Shown: positions 23,801 through 33,052 of the stretch, piece after piece
How the letters are laid out: the number at the start of each line of letters is the position of its first letter
How positions within the stretch are numbered: position 1 is the first letter of the stretch
Assembly (NCBI GenBank): GCA_048128005.1
Contig: JBEUKZ010000047.1
Coordinates: 434,001 to 498,000, forward strand
Reading direction: 5' to 3'
DNA length: 64,000 bases
Origin: Veleropilina oligotropha
Taxonomy: Eukaryota
The notes under the pieces: generated by a model
The model's input: the letters and a program-made list of their open reading frames with translations, nothing else
What the model was told of the DNA's origin: nothing
The model's database searches: none
Made by a program: the position numbers and the translations under genes

Positions 23801-24548
23801 GCTCGGATTTTAGTGTAGTTTCACACAAGGTGTGATAAGTAAGCCAGTCGGCTTTTGCGAAATTCCATCTTGATAATGGCACATGGCCATCGGGTGTCAC
23901 AGATTTGAGTATAATCGGGAAATGGTCACTTCCACAGAGGTCATCGTGGACTGACCATGAGAATTCATCCAACAAATTTGCACTTGTTAGTGTAAGATCG
24001 AGTGCTGAATACGATCCTGTGGCGGGGTGCAAGTAAGTATTTGTACCATTATTAAAAAAACACAGATCATTATTTGATAGTAAGTTTTCTATGATCCTTC
24101 CTTTGTCATTTGAGGTGTTGCTCCCCCAAAGAGGACTGTGACCGTTAAAGTCACCCATGATTATACATGGCTTTGGAAGTTGATCATATAAATCTTGTAT
24201 ATCAGCTGGTGTAAGCCTGGTTGAGGGTGGGATATATAATGAGCATAGGGTAAAAGCTACATGCAAGGTAATACGGGTAGCAACTGCTTGCAAGTTGGTC
24301 GTAAGGTCAACAGGACTATGCATTATACCTTGCCGAACGAATATAGATGATCCGCCTGTTACTTTGTCACCTTGGGGCCCATATCTGTGGTAAGGCTCAT
24401 ACCCTCTAAAATTAATAAGATCTGTGTTTTTAAAATATGTTTCCTGTAAACAGAAAGCTGATGGTTTAAAATCCTGTGCCAGTAATTGGATGTCACTAAA
24501 ATTTGTGTTAAATCCTCTACAGTTCCACTGTATAATGTGTGTATTCAT
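20877..24548 (-). CDS. Element D ORF2 (APE-RT-RNase H-CCHC)
   Basis: Intact 1223 aa; QWNCRG, GDFNGH, FVDD, FTDGSK, WVPSHVGIAGN, CISC...HLLLDC. Confidence 0.97.
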   Translation of the reverse strand: MNTHIIQWNCRGFNTNFSDIQLLAQDFKPSAFCLQETYFKNTDLINFRGYEPYHRYGPQGDKVTGGSSIFVRQGIMHSPVDLTTNLQAVATRITLHVAFTLCSLYIPPSTRLTPADIQDLYDQLPKPCIIMGDFNGHSPLWGSNTSNDKGRIIENLLSNNDLCFFNNGTNTYLHPATGSYSALDLTLTSANLLDEFSWSVHDDLCGSDHFPIILKSVTPDGHVPLSRWNFAKADWLTYHTLCETTLKSEHFEVNDPIKAFSDALIDIANKTIPKSSAVPHIRKPWFNDDCKQARKKRKKAAKHFYKYPTTDNLDALKRASAVAKRTFKASRRESWRNFVSKINNRTPITKVWNMVKRIKGKGSSNSFHHLKQDDTLITSKLDVANKLGETLESNSSSKNYLPEFQKYQKTQEKQKVNFLSANSENYNDEFSVTELLTALSKSHDTAAGPDEIHYQLLKHLPSSCLDVLLDIFNHIWSTGDFPPSWHHAIVIPLPKPGKDPTDPSNYRPISLTSCICKTMERMINDRLVWFLESNNLISDIQCGFRKNHSTVDHLIRLESYIKDAFVNGDHVVSIFFDLEKAYDTTWKHGILKDLHSLGLRGRLPLFISQFLKDRQFQVRLGSTLSDYYDQDQGVPQGSILSVTLFSIKINSLSKVLNDSIDGSLFVDDFGISCRGRHMQTIERQLQLCLNRITKWSHENGFKFSKSKTNCVHFCKNYRCHAVPNLALNGTPIKVVDEVKFLGLILDRRLTFKPHITYLRNKCLKAMNLIKVIANTKWGGDQKTLLNLYRSLIRSKLDYGSIVYNGASNSTLKLLDPIHHQGLRLSMGAFRTSPKESLYVESDEPPLSQRRIKLSLQYAIKLYANPINPAYSCVFQPQYEHKFLDKPKLVPPLGFRIKPHINGANIDLDLITTIRLSDIPPWQLKLPRVDLSLTKFAKSDTNEAVYKQEYGIIRCKYDTHRSIFTDGSKDGDKVSCATIIGSRSITHKLPAPCSIFTAEAKAILTAVQYIQRSQANNYIIFTDSLSVLQALQQHSPTHELILKIIELNHSITDRDIVFCWVPSHVGIAGNNLADAAAKEALNKENIYPLQTVYTDFKPAILHYIRKLFQNLWVTQIYNKLFQLKPNIGYTHLDVSSRFEQAILRRIRIGHTRLTHEYLLKGEDPPVCISCDEQLTIKHLLLDCGEYAHIRDSYFTASNLKDLFNNTGGPCILSFIRDNGLINKL

Positions 24549-25879
24549 GAATTGGAGTTCGGGGGTTTGATGGGAGACCTACGTTCTCTGGATCGATTTC
24601 GACGAGGTTCCTCAAACTCCATGGACTCCTGATCTAAATCTTCGAACCTATTTTGTAATTTTAGTGGGTCGTCTTGACCCTTTTTGGGACGCCCCGACTG
24701 GGGCTTTCTGGGTGACTTTTTCTTTGATATGTTTGTATCATTCCGAGATGAATCGGGCTGAGATAATGATTTCGGAGTAGATGATCGAGATCTAGAATAA
24801 GATTTTGAATGATTTGTATTAGATGGTTCAGAAGTACTTTGAGTTGGAGTATCAGGGTGATTTTTATTTGTTTGTGATGATGCTTGAGATGTTTTCGCTG
24901 TGGAGGGTGGATTTGGGTTCTTTAATCTTGTTGGTCGTTCATTGGAGATCCATGTCAAATCTGTCTGACAAGCAGCAGAAGTGGTGGTAATTGTCTGCTT
25001 TTGGACCAATGAACGAACAACAGATGAAAACGATTGGGCTGACTCAGATGATAAGAGTTTTCTAGCCTCAGGATATGAAATATTGCGATCTGTTTTCAAT
25101 CGTGTTATTTTAGACTCATAAATCCACTTTGGACACTGTTTGGAGGCAGCATGGTGCTCCCCATCACAGTTTACACACTTTGGCTGGGCTTCGCATTTGT
25201 ATATATTACCACTAGTGTGTTCGTCGCTTCCACAGCGGAAACACCTCTCCATATTAGTGCAATTGTTTGATCCGTGACCATATTTTTGGCATCTAAAGCA
25301 TCGAAGTGGATTTGGATAGTATGTATCCACTTCGATGCGATTGTAACCAGCAATGATATGTTTTGGGCGTGTTGAAGATGAAAATGTCATGAGGTAGGTA
25401 TTTGTTGGAATTTTGTTATTGTCTTTAGTAACAATAAAGCGTTTAACGTGTACAATACCCTGATCCTCCAACTCAGATTCGATTTCACGTTCTGTCAGAT
25501 ATTGAAGGCATCGATCTCGATCCCTTAAAATCCCTTTTGATGTATTGAGATACGAGTGCGGTTGGACGTGCACTGCTGCGTTGGCGAAAGTTTCTATCTT
25601 TAAAAGATTGAGAGACTGTTGCCTCTTATTACATTCAATAAGGAGGCTTCCGTCTCTCAATCGTTTAACATTTTTGACAGTGCCAGCAATACTTTCTATC
25701 GTTTTTGCTATTAGAAAGGGATTTTTCGGGACGGTATTCTTTGCTTGATTACCTTCAATACCTGACAGAAGTAAGAACCTCGGCCAGTTTGTCGCATTGT
25801 AAGTATTTTGATTGCCATCTTCGTCAGACGAGGATGGCGAATCTTGTCTCGATCTTTTGGTTGTTGTGGGTTTAGCCAT
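24545..25879 (-). CDS. Element D ORF1 (gag-like, zinc knuckles)
   Basis: 444 aa; WPRFL, RLRDGSLLIE, CFRCQKYGHGSNNC; stop overlaps ORF2 start (ATGA). Confidence 0.93.
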   Translation of the reverse strand: MAKPTTTKRSRQDSPSSSDEDGNQNTYNATNWPRFLLLSGIEGNQAKNTVPKNPFLIAKTIESIAGTVKNVKRLRDGSLLIECNKRQQSLNLLKIETFANAAVHVQPHSYLNTSKGILRDRDRCLQYLTEREIESELEDQGIVHVKRFIVTKDNNKIPTNTYLMTFSSSTRPKHIIAGYNRIEVDTYYPNPLRCFRCQKYGHGSNNCTNMERCFRCGSDEHTSGNIYKCEAQPKCVNCDGEHHAASKQCPKWIYESKITRLKTDRNISYPEARKLLSSESAQSFSSVVRSLVQKQTITTTSAACQTDLTWISNERPTRLKNPNPPSTAKTSQASSQTNKNHPDTPTQSTSEPSNTNHSKSYSRSRSSTPKSLSQPDSSRNDTNISKKKSPRKPQSGRPKKGQDDPLKLQNRFEDLDQESMEFEEPRRNRSRERRSPIKPPNSNS

Positions 25880-26405
25880 ATTGTGTTGTATAATTCAATG
25901 CATCTGGCCCCCACCCACCATGGAGTGCCAACAAGGGCGATGTCCATAAGCCTGCTGGTAACCGGCAGGCAGACACCGGAGGTGCAGATGCATTATACTC
26001 CATTATTACTAACATTAGAAGCTTTAGATGAAACCCAAAGATCTAAGCGGTCAATAATACCAGATTGACCCATGAGCAACCGCCTTCTATACTACAGGCC
26101 AAAGTATTGATGGTATATACATTGGTATATATTGATGATATATATATATATAATGATAATAAAAATAAGTAATTTGCCAAAATGATAGATGTTAAGATAC
26201 TGGCATATGAGTGTCACCTGTAATCTAGGGCATGGCGTTACCAGCCGATTGAATGGACCGGGCCCATCCATCTACCACTCTAGAGGAATCATGGGCCAAA
26301 GTGGTGTGTTGGATCAAAGACGGGTAGTACCAGCATCTTTGACCCTCAACCACCAGGATCCCACTCTCCCTCGACAGTAGGTCGCAGGTCACGGCAAACG
26401 ACCTG

Positions 26406-26481
26406 GTTGTGCGTTTCGTTCAGGGAACTTGCGTTCCCCTATCCAGGGCCCACCACGAGGAGGCGCACAACATCGAGCCCC
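26406..26481 (-). ncRNA. HDV-like self-cleaving ribozyme at the 5' end of element D
   Basis: P1 GGGGCUC/GGGCCCU, P2 GUUGUGC/GCACAAC, P3 GCC/GGU, L3 UCCUCGU, P1.1 GG, P4 GGGAAC-GCAA-GUUCCC, J4/2 CGAAAC; G1 abuts the TSD. Confidence 0.9.
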
Positions 26482-26748
26482 GATGTTATGTTTAGAATGT
26501 TAAGTTATCCCAGGGCATGGCGTGACAAGCCGATTGATCAGATAGGGCCTATCTGACCTCCCGTCTAGCTGAATCCGAGGCCAAAGTAGTGTGTTGCTTC
26601 AGCCGAAGCCGAAGCTCAACTACCAGGACCCTCTTTTCCAACATCACGGGTCGCCACCCACGGCCAACAGGTGGCTCCCATTTGGGGGGATCTTACCCCT
26701 CTGCAGGGAGAGCAGTCGGCATATTCTAACCCCTAACCGACTGGGGGA

Positions 26749-27186
26749 AATAACTCCCTTGGAGCTGTTCAAAGACCGATGCGGTCTGATTATTACAGGA
26801 ATATTAACAAATGTATCTGTTCTAAGAAGGTTTTCCGCATGGCTCTTTCTGGCGCATTCAACCAGTAGTGTGCCATCTCGTAGTTTTTTAACGGATCGTG
26901 GTTCGCCAGCCAGGCCGAGAATGGCCTTGGATATGGCGAACGGACTCAGAGAAGTGATAGGAGTGTTGGAGTTGCACGATTCCACCGTTAAAAAACGGGG
27001 CCAGCTTTCCGGTACGACTGGTGGAGGGTCAGGTCTATAAGGAGCATCTAGCTCTGGATGATAAGGTGTAGACCGGAAAGCGGCCAAAAATTTAGCGTCA
27101 TCATCATCAGAAACAGAGTCGACGGATATATTCCGTCGCTTTGCTGCTGTGTGGTTTCGGCGTTTAGGATTGTGTGGAGTTGCCAT
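26749..27186 (-). pseudogene. Element A ORF1, 5' part
   Basis: MATPHNPKRR...HRSLNSSKGVI joins 7536-8593 across the TSD. Confidence 0.92.
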
Positions 27187-27643
27187 ATTTTGTGTATTAA
27201 GTTTCATCACCCGAGGTCCCCGCCCACCCCGGAGCCCAACAAGGGGGCATTTTAATGGGTGCGGAGTTCCAGCACCCAATGCCAGGGATACCCGGGTGAT
27301 ATACTCAAATAAGATAATGAATGTAGTGGTGGGAAATGTGTATCCCACCATCCATTACTCACTTGATTGACCCTTCAGCCACCGCCTTCTGGGATATAGA
27401 TCGATTGATGGTATATGATCTGTTACATAAAGTGTTTTGATTGAAATGTATAAATGTAATATTATTAAAATATATTATCCCAGGGCTTGACGTGACAAGC
27501 CGATTGATCAGATAGGGCCTATCTGACCTCCCGTCTAGCTGAATCCGAGGCCAAAGTAGTGTGTTGCTTCAGCCTAAGCTGAAGCTCAACTACCAGGATC
27601 CTCTTCTCCAACATCACGGGTCGCCACCCACGGCAAACAGGTG

Positions 27644-27717
27644 GCTCCCATTTGGGGGGATCTTACCCCTCTGCAGGGAGAGCAGTCGGCATATTCTAAC
27701 CCCTAACCGACTGGGGG
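27644..27717 (-). other. Conserved structured 5'-terminal module of the A/B/C/E family (also 19806-19880, 26674-26748, 35014-35087)
   Basis: Near-identical in four copies; stems CAGUCGG/CCGACUG, CUCUC/GGGAG and GGGG-UAAGAU-CCCC; function inferred only. Confidence 0.55.
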
Positions 27718-28091
27718 TTTGTTTGAAGAGGTAAAAGTTATTTATATCAACAAAAGTATAAACATGATAGTCTTTTCACCTGATATTGTACTTCCCCTTT
27801 GTATATTCGTGCAGCCACTTATAAGTCCATCACGACTGTTTTCTTATCTTCAGTTAGGTATAAAAATGATGTTTCAATACCGCAAATATATATATATATA
27901 TATATATATATTTGGAAAAGACAAACGGAACAGGCCCAATGCCAAATTTTATTTTGTTGAGAATTCCAAGTATTGCACCATAGTATTAATAAACTCAGTG
28001 TCACTCTTAACCTGTCCATTGCAGAGTAGGCATCATGTTCAGTCTTACATCAAACGACATATACGGCCTCCCACCGAACCTGGCGTTCCTG

Positions 28092-28400
28092 GAGTGAGTG
28101 AGTGAGTTAATTTATCGTCGCTGTCGGCACTATTATGCCATAGTGCGACGGTAATATTTATTTTAAATAATGAAGATATTAAAAACGATGTTAAATAATA
28201 TAAAATCAATGTCAAATAATAAAAAACAATAAAAGATGTAAAGCAAAATAATAACAACAACAGTAGCAATAAAATGAAGTCAAGCCATAATAAAAACAAT
28301 ATAAATGTCAAATAATGAAATATAATAAAACAATATCATAGAGCAAAATATGTAGTTATGGATAAAATTAGAAATGGTAAAAATAATAAAAGCACAATGG
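28092..28400 (-). mobile_element. Element G: 3' UTR remnant of a D-family relative
   Basis: (TCAC)n tail and TTTATCGTCGCTGT as in D at about 20503; absent from the paralog at about 55006; far boundary approximate. Confidence 0.8.
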
Positions 28401-28994
28401 CCCGTAGGATCATGGTTGCCATTAAGTCTCCTGTAGGATCATGGTTGACGTTAAGTCTCCTGTAGGATCATGGTTGCCGTTAAGTCTCCCGTAGGATCAT
28501 GGTTGCCGTTAAGTCTCCTGTAGGATCATGGTTGCCGTTAAGTCTCCTGTAGGATCATGGTTGCCGTTAAGTCTCCTGTAGGATCATGGTTGCCGTTAAG
28601 TCTCCCGTAGGATCATGGCTGCCGTTAAGTCTCCCGTAGGATCATGGTTGACGTTAAGTCTCCCGTAGGATCATGGTTGACGTTAAGTCTCCTGTAGGAT
28701 CATGGTTGCCGTTAAGTCTCCCGTAGGATCATGGCTGCCGTTAAGTCTCCCGTAGGATCATGGTTGCCGTTAAGTCTCCCGTAGGATCATGGTTGCCGTT
28801 AAGTCTCCCGTAGGATCATGGTTGCCGTTAAGTCTCCCGTAGGAACATGGTTGCCATTAAGTCTCCCGTAGGATCATGGTTGCCGTTAAGTCTCCCGTAG
28901 GATCATGGTTGCCGTTAAGTCTCCTGTAGGATCATGGTTGCCGTCTGTCTCCTGTAGGATCATGGTTGCCGTTAAGTCTCCTGTAGGATCATGG
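28401..28994. repeat. 29-bp minisatellite, about 20 copies (GTAGGATCATGGTTGCCGTTAAGTCTCCY)
   Basis: Direct tandem repeats with period 29. Confidence 0.95.
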
Positions 28995-29312
28995 TTTGAT
29001 TTGATTTGATGTTTAACGACCACGCCGACACTATAATGGTCATAATCGGGTCGGTCAAGTTAATTATACAATAGTTTAATATAAAATGTTAAAAGTTGAG
29101 ATATATATTTACTTATAAAATATCAATGCAATAAAACATATGTGATAAATAATAAAAACAAATCAATATATTTACAAGTAAAATAAACTATGCAAATTTA
29201 GATAAAAATAAGATCAAATGTTTGCTAAAAACGAGTATAATAAAAAGTATAATAATAAAATAAAATAAATATATATAGAATTTAGTCAAAGGAAATAAAA
29301 GTATAAATAAAA

Positions 29313-32300
29313 TTATAACTTATGGAAAATATTTACCTGTTTTAAAAATTCAAATACGGCTTCGAGCTTATTAAGATTAAATAACTCTTGGAGTGAATTT
29401 GCCCTAAAATACCCTTGGCGTGCGAGATCCAAATCGACACAATCCAATAATATATGTTTAATTGTTAGGGCAGTTGCACAAGGAATACACTCGGGTGGAG
29501 GCTCCCCTTTAAGCAAGTAGGAGTGAGTGTAGTGAGAATGCCCAATTCTCAGTCTGGCCAAGACGACCTCCTCTCGCCGAGATGGCCTGCAAGAGGGTCC
29601 CCAGTCACCAAGAAGAGGTTGGACATTCTGCAGTTTATTCCTTGTGCATTCACTCCAAGAGTGCTGCCAAGTAGAATTTATATATTTGTTTATGCTTTGT
29701 TTAAAATCTGACTGTGGTAGTTTACAATTTAGTATATTGTTAAAATTTGAGGCTGCCTTGGCAGCTTGGTCAGCCTTCTCATTGCCTTGGATACCGATAT
29801 GGCTCGGTATCCAGCATAAAACAATGTCATTGTCAGGTAAAAGGTTGTTATAGTTTAATAAAATTTCCTGAACAATAACATTTCTATTCATCTCCCTCAG
29901 TGCTTGTAAGCTAGAGAGGGAGTCTGAATAGATAATAAAACGCCGTTTAGTACTTGTAGAGATAAAATTAAGAGCAAGCTCGATTGCTTTTAGTTCTGCA
30001 GTATATATAGTCGCGCTGCCTGGCAGACGGTTTTGAAAACATTGTCTGCCAGTGACAGCGGCTGCTCCTACCAATTCTGCATCTTTTGAACCATCTGTGT
30101 ATATGCTTGCACGATCTGAATATTTTAATTTCAGATCGTGCACTTTTATGAGATAATCTGATGTGTCTGTGTTTGATTTTTTGAGTGATGTAAGTTGTAG
30201 ATCAATTACCGGTACTTTTAGTGTCCATGGTGGAGTATCCGGAATGTGAATTGTTTTAATTTGACCTACATGTATGCCTGCGTTTTCTAGTGCTGGTTTT
30301 ATGCGGATGCCAAACGGTGCAATTTTGTTTGGTTTTGCCTGAAATAGATTTTCGTAATTTGGTGTATAGACAGTTTCGAAAGCTGGGTTAGATGGATTTG
30401 ATTTTAATTTTATTGCATATTGTAGTGATAGTTTTTCACGTCTGAGTGTAAGAGATGGTTCATTGGCTTCGACATAGAGGCTTTCCATGGGTGATGTGCG
30501 AAAAGCCCCTAATGCAAGTCGAAGCCCTTGATTATGGATTGGATCAAGCATTTTAAGATATGAATGGCGAGCAGAGCCATATACTATGCTCCCATAATCG
30601 AGTTTTGATCTAATTAATGATCTATATAGTCGTAATAAAACTGTTTTATCAGCACCCCATTCAGTATTAGAAACTACTTTCATTATATTTAAAGCCTTTT
30701 TACATTTGGCTTTGATGTATTTTAAATGAGGTATGAAAGACAGTTTTCGGTCAAATATAAGGCCTAAAAATTTAAATTGATCTACCACTGGAATCTCAAA
30801 GTCATCCAGCTTTAACACAGGGTCGTCATGTATTTCACGACGCTGGCAGAAGTGCATGCATTTAGTTTTGTCCTTTGAGAATTTAAATCCGTTCTCATCG
30901 GACCATATCTGTAATTTATTTAGGCCATGTTGTAGCTGGCGTTCTATACTGTTCATATTTGTTGAACGATAGCAAATGCCAAAATCGTCAACAAATAAAG
31001 AACAGTCAGTGCCAGCACTAATACATTTGACGATACTGTTTATTTTAATACTGAATAGGGTGACTGATAAAATGCTTCCTTGAGGGACACCCATCTCCTG
31101 GTCGTGGATATCGGAGAGGGTGTCACCCACCTTAACGTTAAAATTTCTATCCTCAAGGAATTTCGAAATAAAATTGGGCAAGTGGCCCTTTAAACCAAAA
31201 TCAAACAAATCCTTCATAATCCCGTACTTCCAAGTCGTGTCGTAGGCCTTCTCTAGATCGAAAAAAACAGCAACTAAATGTTGTCTGTTTAGGAAGGCCT
31301 CACGAACAAAAGTTTCCAGACGTACCAAGTGATCTGTGGTGCTCCGGTTGCGCCGGAACCCACTTTGATATTCTGTAAGTAAATTATTTGATTCAAGATA
31401 CCAAACTAATCTCTCGTTTATCATCCGTTCCATGGTTTTGCAAATACAACTCGTCAGGGCTATGGGTCGATAACTGTTAGGATTTGATGTATCTTTTCCC
31501 GCCTTTGCAATTGGGATAACTGTAGCTTCCCTCCACGAGGGAGGGAAGGTTCCAGTTTCCCAGATAGTATTGAATATTGCAAGTAGAGTTGTAAGTGATG
31601 TTCCAGGTAAGTGCTTAAGTAATTGATAGTGAATGTCATCAGGGCCAACTGATGTGTCATGTGCCTTGTTTAGTGAATCTGCGAGTTCCTTTTGTGAAAA
31701 TGGCTGATTGTATGACTCTGTGTTGTTGGATCTAAAATTGAGCCTTGTTTTTTCTTTTTGATGCTTAAAACGGCTGAATTTTGGAGTGCAGTTGTCGGAT
31801 GATGAATTGGCAGAAAAGGTATCTGCCAATGTGTTTGCAATGTCTTTAGCTGTGGTTGCTTCTGATGTGTTTGTTTTAAGGTGCTTGATGCAGTTGGGTG
31901 TATGTTTGCCACTAATTTTACGGATCATATCCCATGTTTTTTTAATAGTGGAACGAGAGTTTAGTTTGGTAACGTAGGAATGCCAGGATTCCCTTTTGCT
32001 GTGCTTGATGGTACGTCTGGCTTGTGCTCTTAATAGCCTAAAGCTATTAAGATTTTGTAGTGTTGGGTGCTGTTTAAATGTTGAAATTGCATGTATGCGT
32101 GCTTTGATTGCTTGTCTGCAGTCTTCATTAAACCAAGGTTTATTTTTGTGTTTGGCATTTGGACAGGTCTTTGGAATTGAGAGTGTTGCAATGTCATGTA
32201 GTGTTGTAGAGAAACTTGATATTGGGTCTTCGCCATGAGTTAATTGATGTGAGTGTAATTGCTCTTCGCAAAGTGATTGGAATTTCTCCCAATCTGCTTT

Positions 32301-32996
32301 GCGAAGTTTCCACCTTTCTGTATGTTCTTGTGCTTGATAGATTGTGCTTTCCATGAAAATTGGAAAGTGGTCGCTTCCGTGGAGGTCCTCACCAACTTTC
32401 CAATTAAAGTCCAGGAAAGCGGATGGGTCGCACATGGTAAGGTCAATGGTGGTAAGTGAACCTGTAGGTGGATGCATGTATGTTGGCGATTTGGTAGTGT
32501 TAAATAGACACAAATTGTGTCTCCCAATAAAGTCCTCTATTTGATGTCCCCGTTTATCTGTGTCAGTACCGCCCCAATCAGTACTGTGGGCGTTAAAATC
32601 GCCACACAGTAAAAATGGGGTCGATAGCTGATCGATGAGATCGTCAAGGTCAGTAGGTCGTAAGTTTGTACCAGGTGGTAAGTATACCGAGCAGATTGTT
32701 ATTACTCGGTGAGTCGATATTTTCACTGCTACTGCCTGTAAGTTAGTGTTTAAGTTGACTTGACTGTGTGGTGTTTTGTTGTTGACTATGATTGAAACCC
32801 CCCCTGTAGCCTTGTCACCAGTGGTGACAATGTGGTTGTATAGTGAGTGCTCTTTGATGCGTATGTTGTCTGTGAGTTTCATGTAAGTTTCATTGAGACA
32901 AAATGCGGTTGGTTTGTGTTCTTGAATTAATAGACTTATCTCATCAATATTCGGTTTAATGCCTCTACAATTCCATTGTATTATTGTGCCTGACAT
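29313..32996 (-). CDS. Element E ORF2 (APE-RT-RNase H-CCHC)
   Basis: 1227 aa; the only difference from B that I found is KLPH vs KLPQ. Confidence 0.97.
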   Translation of the reverse strand: MSGTIIQWNCRGIKPNIDEISLLIQEHKPTAFCLNETYMKLTDNIRIKEHSLYNHIVTTGDKATGGVSIIVNNKTPHSQVNLNTNLQAVAVKISTHRVITICSVYLPPGTNLRPTDLDDLIDQLSTPFLLCGDFNAHSTDWGGTDTDKRGHQIEDFIGRHNLCLFNTTKSPTYMHPPTGSLTTIDLTMCDPSAFLDFNWKVGEDLHGSDHFPIFMESTIYQAQEHTERWKLRKADWEKFQSLCEEQLHSHQLTHGEDPISSFSTTLHDIATLSIPKTCPNAKHKNKPWFNEDCRQAIKARIHAISTFKQHPTLQNLNSFRLLRAQARRTIKHSKRESWHSYVTKLNSRSTIKKTWDMIRKISGKHTPNCIKHLKTNTSEATTAKDIANTLADTFSANSSSDNCTPKFSRFKHQKEKTRLNFRSNNTESYNQPFSQKELADSLNKAHDTSVGPDDIHYQLLKHLPGTSLTTLLAIFNTIWETGTFPPSWREATVIPIAKAGKDTSNPNSYRPIALTSCICKTMERMINERLVWYLESNNLLTEYQSGFRRNRSTTDHLVRLETFVREAFLNRQHLVAVFFDLEKAYDTTWKYGIMKDLFDFGLKGHLPNFISKFLEDRNFNVKVGDTLSDIHDQEMGVPQGSILSVTLFSIKINSIVKCISAGTDCSLFVDDFGICYRSTNMNSIERQLQHGLNKLQIWSDENGFKFSKDKTKCMHFCQRREIHDDPVLKLDDFEIPVVDQFKFLGLIFDRKLSFIPHLKYIKAKCKKALNIMKVVSNTEWGADKTVLLRLYRSLIRSKLDYGSIVYGSARHSYLKMLDPIHNQGLRLALGAFRTSPMESLYVEANEPSLTLRREKLSLQYAIKLKSNPSNPAFETVYTPNYENLFQAKPNKIAPFGIRIKPALENAGIHVGQIKTIHIPDTPPWTLKVPVIDLQLTSLKKSNTDTSDYLIKVHDLKLKYSDRASIYTDGSKDAELVGAAAVTGRQCFQNRLPGSATIYTAELKAIELALNFISTSTKRRFIIYSDSLSSLQALREMNRNVIVQEILLNYNNLLPDNDIVLCWIPSHIGIQGNEKADQAAKAASNFNNILNCKLPQSDFKQSINKYINSTWQHSWSECTRNKLQNVQPLLGDWGPSCRPSRREEVVLARLRIGHSHYTHSYLLKGEPPPECIPCATALTIKHILLDCVDLDLARQGYFRANSLQELFNLNKLEAVFEFLKQVNIFHKL

Positions 32997-33052
32997 GTTG
33001 GTTTAATGGTGTGTATTAAGTGATTTGCTTGTAATGTTAATTTTAAATTTGC

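Larger units (their letters stand above)
20482..26481 (-). mobile_element. Element D: second, divergent I-group family, full length, inserted into the 5' UTR of B
   Basis: (TCAC)n tail; TSD GATGTTATGTTTAG at 20468-20481 and 26482-26495. Confidence 0.95.
8594..26748 (-). mobile_element. Element B: same family, inserted into ORF1 of A (own sequence 8594-13843, 19881-20481, 26482-26748)
   Basis: (TCAAA)n tail; TSD AATAACTCCCTTGG at 8580-8593 and 26749-26762; rejoined pieces match uninterrupted element E. Confidence 0.95.
3459..27717 (-). mobile_element. Element A: I-group (Nimb/I-like) non-LTR retrotransposon, outermost of the nest (own sequence 3459-8593 and 26749-27717)
   Basis: (TCAAA)n 3' tail at 3459; TSD TTTGTTTGAAGA at 3447-3458 and 27718-27729; empty site at about 41916-41927. 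Confidence 0.95.

Noticed and set aside
27696..27708. CTAACCCCTAACC as a telomeric repeat or telomere target
   Set aside because: Only about two imperfect units, and it lies inside the element's 5' module in all four copies
28401..28994. CRISPR array (also 47387-48885 and 52497-53183)
   Set aside because: Contiguous repeats without unique spacers, no cas genes, eukaryotic context
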